A DNA stretch of 64,000 nt from the human T2T-CHM13v2.0 reference genome, Homo sapiens. Shown here one piece after another: positions 54,693 through 64,000 of this stretch. Under the pieces are notes generated by a model that was not told the DNA's origin, did no database searches, and saw nothing but the letters and a program-made list of their open reading frames with translations. The first letter of the stretch is position 1, and each line of letters begins with the position of its first letter. The stretch lies in assembly GCF_009914755.1 (NCBI RefSeq), contig NC_060942.1. One strand, given 5' to 3'. Position numbers and translations under genes: made by a program.

Positions 54693-57459
54693 AGTGATGT
54701 AGCCAAGATTTAACCTAGGTATTGTGACATCAGACCTCTTGAGTTCGCCTACTACAGTAACAAATTTTAATAAGTATGTGTATAACATTTTCTATATTTT
54801 AATTCATGTTTTAAATAATTACTTGGGCATATAAGAAATTACTTTATCTAAATTTGGGAAGAAGTGCAGTCCTATTAAAAATCATAATCATAGTCTTTTG
54901 AGCAGGTAGTTGCTTATAAGCGTATGGGGATATGAGTATGAGTGTTTGGCTGAATATCTCTTTTAAAAATGGAGTAAAAGGTAAGATAATACTTTCATGC
55001 AATGGCATTTGAAAAATATCTCTAAGCGGTTGAACTCTAACTTCTAAACCTGGATGACTCATAATAAGTTTTATATTAATAGATGCTACATTTTTCTGTT
55101 TATATAAAAAAACAAACATAAGGCATCAATCACACTAACATCAAGAGTACTGAAGAGCTTAGATCATTTTCTGGGGTTGTTGACTTGAAGGAGTTTAGAT
55201 ATAGTTAGATAACCAGATTGCCACTTTGAAAACTAATTTATATTCTGCGGTGGCATAGAGACCTGTGTCATTGGCACGAGATGCATAGACTTGGGCTCTG
55301 TTGTTGATTTGCTGGCTAGAGGATGAAGATAATTTGATAACAGTAATGATGTGGCTCCAAGATCACATTCCCTCTTATTTTTTCTTAATACTTTTTTTAA
55401 ACGATGAGCTTTATGAAAAATACAAATATTTCAATATAGCCTTTGGTGTAGGGACAGCATTGAGGTAGATATTGGACATGAATGGACCAATTAGAAAATC
55501 TCTTAGGTACATGTACTGAAGGGGGAATCGATTTTATAATATTACAAAGGAAGGGTCTCATGCTGTGTAATTGAGGGGAGGAGGGACAGTTCCTTGACTG
55601 CTAGAGCTTCAAGTGACCTTTGCATTCTAATAGCACATGGAGTACACAAATTGGTAGAGTGCGTATTAGACCAAGAAAATGGACACAGAACTCTCTGGCT
55701 AGAGTTAGGAAGCTGCAGTATCGTGCAACCATGACAACAATCAGACAACCACCATTTTCATTCACTTTTGTTTTATTCCTCAAATGCTTAGGTGAGGACA
55801 CCATGGCAAACAAACCACAGGGACAACTGGAGGGAAATAATTCCTTCTGTGAAAAGGCATTAAGGAGCACTCAGTTCCTAAAGATTGTGCTTTCTGCAAG
55901 TTCATACCCGGCAATTGGCTTTCTATGATTAACAGTAGGGGATCCTAGAGCAGCGAGTAGATATTTTTGCATTCTGTATGGAGCCAGAATTAACTGATGA
56001 GGTACAGACATAAGAAGAAAAAGTCCCCAGGACCTGGAAGACAAAGATGGGATCCGGAATGATTCTCTTGGCCATGATTGCTAAGGGTGATCAACAGTTT
56101 CTCAGTGAGGAGTTGGAGATTAACACATGAATCTACTATGTAGCCTTTATACTTTGTTGTATGTAAGTAGATATAGAAATGGTATCTACTTCTCCTTGTA
56201 GAAGATGGGTACAATCAGTGTCAATAAGCTCTGTCCTTGCATTCAGTCCTGGGGCCATAAGACTGATTAGTGACAAACACTGATAAGGAGCTCATCAATT
56301 TCACCTCATTTAATCCCCGACCCCATGAGGTACTATAGTTATCGTTATCTCAATTTTTTAACAGTTGCATGAGACTGAGGCCCAGAGGGGTTCGTTAGGA
56401 TGCAAGTGTCTAAAGAGGGTGAGGACGCATGCTGTGCTCGCTGCCTTCTCCTAGACTGCACTGTTTTGTATGGAATTGTGTCCCCTAATAGACTTGCAAA
56501 GGCAAGATTCTCATCTATGGGGAATCAACCCAGGGAGGGGGGAACCTCTAGAGGATGTAGCCCCAAGGCTCATTCCTGCCTGAAAGTGCTACAGGGGTTG
56601 GAATGGACAGTTCCCACACCAAATCCTAGGAACAGAATGCTGCCTGCGTGCACTGCTGTGTTTCTAAAGAACTCTTCAATTTATAACCTCGTAGAACTAT
56701 TTAAATAAAGAGTTGGGAGGATGAATGCAATGTACATTTTGGAAGTTGGAGACAAAAGGGAACTGACTAAGATGGGCTGAGGACTCAGGGAAGTTCCTGC
56801 GGACTTTCCTCCTTCAGGACCTGGGGGCCTGTGGATTCTCCCATCATGAGTGGACAGGGAAAGCTCCCTTCTCTACCCACAGAACTGGGTGATTCTCAAG
56901 AGTGACTGATGAGGGGCCAGCTCCACACTTGCGGCTGTACCAGGCCTCACCAGGGTGATACCTGTTCCAGGCTATCTAAGGAGAAGCCTCACGCTCCCTG
57001 CCAGAGACCTTTTCACCAAACTTCATTTTGGTGTTCACAGCAAGGTCATATCATGAAAAGCCACGTTAATGAATTTCTTCATGGAAATATCAAATCATGT
57101 TTGTTCGGTCTCACTTCAGTTGGGCAATGGTTTCCTTGCAAATTGGATTTCCTTTAAGAAGTTTGCCAGGTCTCAGGCAGTCTCAACACATGTACTTAGA
57201 AAGGCTTCCTCAAGTCCATAGCCCTAGAATCGAGACTAGAGAATTAGGATGGGGATGATTTTATGTCCAGCCTGAAAGGATACAATGTTACACTTCAAAA
57301 ACTATAAAGACAATCAATTAGACCACTGTCCTTAGAACACGGAAAATATTGAAAATTAGGTGAATGATCAGTTTAGTGGACTGTGTCAGACTTTGAGTAA
57401 GAGATGTTGACTACTTTCTTTCTCATCACTGCCATCCTCTACATGTGCACAAACAGGCC

Positions 57460-57460
<1 letters not shown>

Positions 57461-57498
<38 letters not shown>
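57461..57498. repeat. (AC)19 microsatellite
   Basis: Read directly. Confidence 0.98.
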
Positions 57499-57500
<2 letters not shown>

Positions 57501-57699
57501 TGATGACAGCTCTTGTGCCTTGGGGTTCAATGCAGCTACATGTACTGAACACTCACCATGTCCTTGGGTTTTTGCTAAGGATGTTGTGTTCATGATTTCA
57601 CTTAATCCTCATAACAACCACTTGATCTAGGTACCATCCTGCATACTATAAAGGGACCCACTAAACAGGGATTTTACTATGGATAAATACCATGCTCAG

Positions 57700-58100
57700 T
57701 TTATGCTCCAAACCAGATCCGCTGACCATAACCAGACCTTCCCTAGTGGCCAACCATATGGAGGTGTTGGATTTCCTGGATGCTGCCAGGGTCCAAAATA
57801 ACACCAGGAGCGAGGGGGAGTTCCACAGATAATCTGCTCACCCTTCCTTTCCTAAATGATGCTCTGAGATGCCATGTTTCCTGTAGCCTCTCTGAGCCAT
57901 GCCACAGGATGGATCTATCAGTTCTTTTTGTAATGAAGTAGTGGCCATCTTGGTAATGCACCCCTGTCCATTGGTTGTTCCTCCTTTATCTCTTTCTTTA
58001 CCTCTCACTCTTGCTTCCCTGGGCTTGCATCCTCTAACAAGGCATTAGTACTTCAGCTTCTGCATAACGCTCTGTTTCATAGGCAACTCGGGCTAAAACA
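57700..58100 (+). mobile_element. ERVL LTR (LTR16-like)
   Basis: ggtaatgcaccc...ctcactcttgcttccctggg...ctctgtttc...ggctaaaaca end. Confidence 0.6.
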
Positions 58101-59059
58101 GATGGTCATCAGTGCTTGAAGCTGCAATGAAAGATGAGGAACACATATTTGTCAAGAACTTTCTATACATCAGATTATTTACTCCTAAGGAAGCAGCTGG
58201 AGTTTTGCTGTGGACCCTGAGTGTGCCTGATGGCTAAGAAAGTCAAGCCTGCAGAAGGAGTTCCCAGAAGTATTTGATCAGTTTTTTGTTTCCTGTTCAA
58301 ATAATAAGACTAGATTAACACACATTCCCCAGGGTGGTGAGGATTCTTGACCTGCTGCCTTCGTCTGTCTACTTTATCCCCAAGCTCTGTTTGTGGGCTC
58401 AGGGGCTTGGTCCCAGACCGTGGGAAGCCATGCTGACCATCAATTGTTCATCATAGATTTCCCCTGGAGCCCTCCCTGTCTCTCCAGCTCTTCCCAAGGT
58501 CTGCTTCTTCTAGGATCCGGTCCAGTGTGGGCTACCAATATCCTCTGGCATCCAGAACTCAGCCCCGTGATGATGCTCTTCCCAAGAATGTGACCTGAGC
58601 CACAACATTTTACTGACATGTCCCCTAGAGTCCTCTCTCTCATTCCAAGAAGAGCTCTGTGGCTTCCCTCCAGTGCTGGGACTGTCTCTAAGATGAAGGT
58701 GGGCAAACTCATTCACTCATTTAACAAGCTTTTAGTGAACGCATGGTATGTACTGTTCCTAGGCTCAGCTCTTGAAGAGTCTGTGGTAGATGGAGCTTCA
58801 CATTTCAGGTTTCCAATGGCTCTGAGAGGCTGAACTATAGGAATTTCAGAGGGCCATCTCCTTTAAACAAGAGCCATTCTGTAACACACCATTGAGTTCA
58901 TTGACCCATATTAAGCCATACCATATACAATAGAGTCTCTGTTCACTGGTCTTTACTTAGCCTATGTTGTAGAGTATATCTTTGCTCCAGATAGTCACTA
59001 CCTCCTTTGGGAGAGGATTGCATGACCTCTCCCTTTGAGATCAAGCTTGTCCAAGAGTT

Positions 59060-59440
59060 GCAGTGCCCCACCACACACCCCACCACCCCGTCCAGCCCCA
59101 GGAGATTATATTGTCCCCTCCCTGAAGAAAGACTCAACCATGTGACTTGCTCTGGCTAGTACAAGGTGAAGTTAAGGCATGTGCCAGGTCCACATGGAAG
59201 TGGTAAGGGCCATTGAATGGTTCCACATCCCTTTTCCTGTACCATGATACTGGCATGCCCCAGATAGGGACAGATCCTTTCACCTGGATTCTGAAACAAC
59301 GAGCGGGAGACATGGAGCTCCAGCCAAATGGGAAGGGTGCCTGATGTGGAGGAGAAGCAAATCTTTGTTCTTGTAAGCCAATGAAGCTTTGGAGCTATAT
59401 GTCACTGCAGCATAAACTGATGAAAGCCGACAGTGCGACA
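59060..59440 (+). mobile_element. MLT1-type MaLR LTR
   Basis: ccatgtgacttgctctggc...aaatctttgttcttgtaagcca...gtcactgcagcataa. Confidence 0.7.
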
Positions 59441-59502
59441 GAAATGCATGTGTTGTGTTTACGAGCAACACTACTTGCATGGAAGACAGTCACGAATGCT
59501 CA

Positions 59503-60500
<998 letters not shown>

Positions 60501-61280
60501 TTACGAGACACCCCTCTCCTGTGAAACAAGCCTGCGGGTGGATCTTTCTGGGCCCCCATAGGCACACCCCTTGCGGACCCCGCTTTGCATATCCCAGCGC
60601 TAAGGGCCAAGATGTACCTCCGTGTGGCTGTGGAGGCCTTTAGGCCCTGTGCCTCCTCCTGGCTGTGTTGTGGGTGAGCTGGGGTTGATTCTGCTGAGGA
60701 GCTGGGAGGGGCACTTGTGTTCCTGCAAATGCCAACCATGGGGACAGCCAAGAGGGGCTCTGGAAATGCAGACTCAAAGCAGCACTTGCTGTTGGCAACA
60801 GCTGTCGCCAGGACTGGAGGAAGGCTTTCTAGAGGCCCTGGTTCTGAAAAGCTTATGGCTCCCCTCCCCTACTGCCCCAGGTCAAAATAAAAACAAGACC
60901 AAGCCATGAGGAAAGAAAGTGGAATTCTGATGTGTCCCAGGACATGATTTTTCAGTGTTGTTCGGTAATAAACATCAGTCTTTCAAATGAAATGTTTTCC
61001 TTTTTTTTTTTTCTGGTGTCCTGCTCTCAGAGTCCTAAAGGTGGCCCTCCCTGACTGTTGCCACCCAAGCTCCAGTGCAGGTGGCCTCTGTGAGGGTCAG
61101 ACATCCTCCGTGTGCACTGAGGGGTCAGTTCTCCCGCCTCCTTGAAACATATGGCCGCCCATCTTCCCTCACCTCCTCCTCGTTTTTTTTCCCTCCTTGG
61201 CTCTGGTGAAGTAGAGTGACAGGAAAATACATTCTGTTCCCCACTCCTGGGCCCTGCCTGCACTCATGACTTCTTTTCAG

Positions 61281-61401
61281 CTGTGTGCAGTCTGCTCCCT
61301 ACACACCAGGAGTGAACTCCCAGTCTGTGACTTCAGCCCCCTCCTCTCCCATGCAGTCACCTGGGGAGGAGTTTGAGCCTGGAACCTCAGTACACGCTAA
61401 G
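61281..61401 (+). other. Candidate internal exon (121 nt) of an unidentified transcript
   Basis: acttcttttcag| acceptor and AAG|gtatgc donor; one open frame; non-repetitive sequence. Confidence 0.35.
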
Positions 61402-62031
61402 GTATGCATGCAGGTGGACGAGTCCAGTCTGACACTCTGCTCTTTTTGTCAGAAGAACAGGAGCCCAGAGAGGGCAGGGAGTGCAGTCAGGAGTCAGAGA
61501 ACCGGGGCCTCTCCTGCTGCCTTTGAAGCCAGCCTGTGCCTATCAACCCCTTCATCCATCTCTGCTCTGAGGGAGATGGGAGAGCAGTCATTCTCACAAC
61601 CCTGTGAAATTCACAGCAATGGGTTTCCTCATTCCCATAGAGACAAGTCATGGAGAAGACACTTGTTCCCTATGATTGAAATTTCAGGTAATAATGGTCA
61701 AATGCACTTAGCACATCTTAGTTCCTGTGGGCTTCACAAAAAAATATGAGCAAACAAAAAGGAGAACTATGACCGGAACCATAACAGGAAACCTGCTGGT
61801 GGCCAAAGACAAAATCTTAGAAGTTTGCAGAGAGAAAAAAAGAGGGCTTTCAAAGGAGCAACAGTATCACTGGGACCTCCATAAAGAGAGAGAGAAGCAG
61901 CAGAGAAAATGCCAGTAGGGAGAACAAATGATCAAGTAGAGTACAGCATCACTCAAGAGTGGAAAAGGAAATTGTCATTCTGCAGAAGAAATCACTAGAC
62001 AACACCATTTAAAGGTCAAGAGTAACCAAGA

Positions 62032-62855
<824 letters not shown>

Positions 62856-64000
62856 ATGTTATCTCTTATCTAAAAGATAACAATCCTTCAAGATCAAAAA
62901 AGACAGGAAGAGACTGAAATATTGAAGGCTGGAGAGAACTAAGGAGAAAACAGCTAAAGGCAGAGTGGGTTCTGGGACAGAGGACACCCATGGGGACGGC
63001 TGAATTCCCATGGGGTCTGTGATTGAGGCAACGTTGTGTCACAGCAAAGATCCTGTTGTCAATAATTCTGCTATGGTTAGGTAGGATGTTACCAGCACAC
63101 TGTTTGGCTGGCTTTTGCACCTTTTCTGTAACTCTAAACTACGTTCATAGCAAGTTTGTTTTAAAGGTGTGTGTTAAGGATGTCTGGGGTTGAGGGCCTC
63201 ACTTGAGGCGTTTCCTCACTGACTCGGTCCTGCTTACTACCCCCTTCTGGATGCTCCCAACACACACAGTCTCAAGCAACACCCAAGCACACACACTTTA
63301 ACGCAACAAGACAAAGCATCACCCACAGAGCAGCATGGCAGAAACAAAGCCATGTGCAAGGTCCCAGGAAACCAGGTGGATACAAGGCCCATGCCTGTGC
63401 CCTCTCCTTCTGCCTGCAGACTGCAGACCCTGCTCCAGCATGAAAGCCCCTCAGGAGCAGAGCAGGCAAACCACAAACGCAGTCCTGCTGTCGGGGTCCC
63501 AGTGCTTACTCCATGAAGGGCCACTCCAGACTCCTACCCCACCATGACCCCAGTGGGGACTCTAAGCCAGAGCCCCTGCCCACCAATCCATCTCCTTTAC
63601 TTGCTATCTGGCCAAGGGACACACACGCTGACTTCTCTCCCCCCGAGGTGCACTTAAGCAGCAATGCCTGGGTGCATCTCAAAAAATTCCTCCAGATCTT
63701 TGTCTTCTTGTCAAAGATTGTCCTTGTAAGAAGACTGAGGTGTCAATTTCATAGTCCCTCCATCTGCATTTTTTGTCATGAGTCGCATAAGCTGCATACA
63801 CCACCTCAACTGGCTTGGGTGCTGGAACCTGGGCTGAAAGGATGGGGGAGGACAGAGGTTCAAGCCACAGCAAATATCAAAATAGAAGTGAGTTGTCCCC
63901 TAAAGAATTCCAGGTGTAAGATTCTGCCACCTTCTCTCACGCACATAATGATTCCAGCCCACCCTCAGAATTTCAGCTTTGTCTTGCAGGTGTCAGCATT

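Overview
Primate (very probably human) nuclear genomic DNA, intronic or intergenic and dominated by interspersed repeats. I recognise no host protein-coding gene, RNA gene or CRISPR array and cannot name the locus. Most ORFs in the track are Alu/L1/Tigger1/low-complexity derived or random. Contents: one L1PA7/8-type insertion with a 16-bp TSD, a 5' inversion, a nested Alu and an apparent 3' transduction; a near-full-length Tigger1 with both TIRs; about 12 Alu/FLAM copies; solo LTRs with intact TSDs (MER4A1-like, LTR10-like, MER57-like, MSTB-like); many old MIR/L2/L1M/HAL1/MLT1/hAT fragments. The most interesting signals are (i) an old ~270-bp inverted duplication (11033-11310 vs 14481-14748) that crosses an LTR/MER3 junction and brackets a CpG-enriched promoter-like element, (ii) the L1 3' transduction with stacked A-tails, (iii) a solo LTR10 with an apparent APOBEC3-like strand-specific C>T excess, (iv) a triplicated target site from two SINE insertions at one nick, and (v) a clean + strand exon candidate at 61281-61401 next to an inverted Alu pair. 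Subfamily names come from my recollection of consensus sequences and need RepeatMasker/Dfam confirmation; boundaries of old repeats are approximate.
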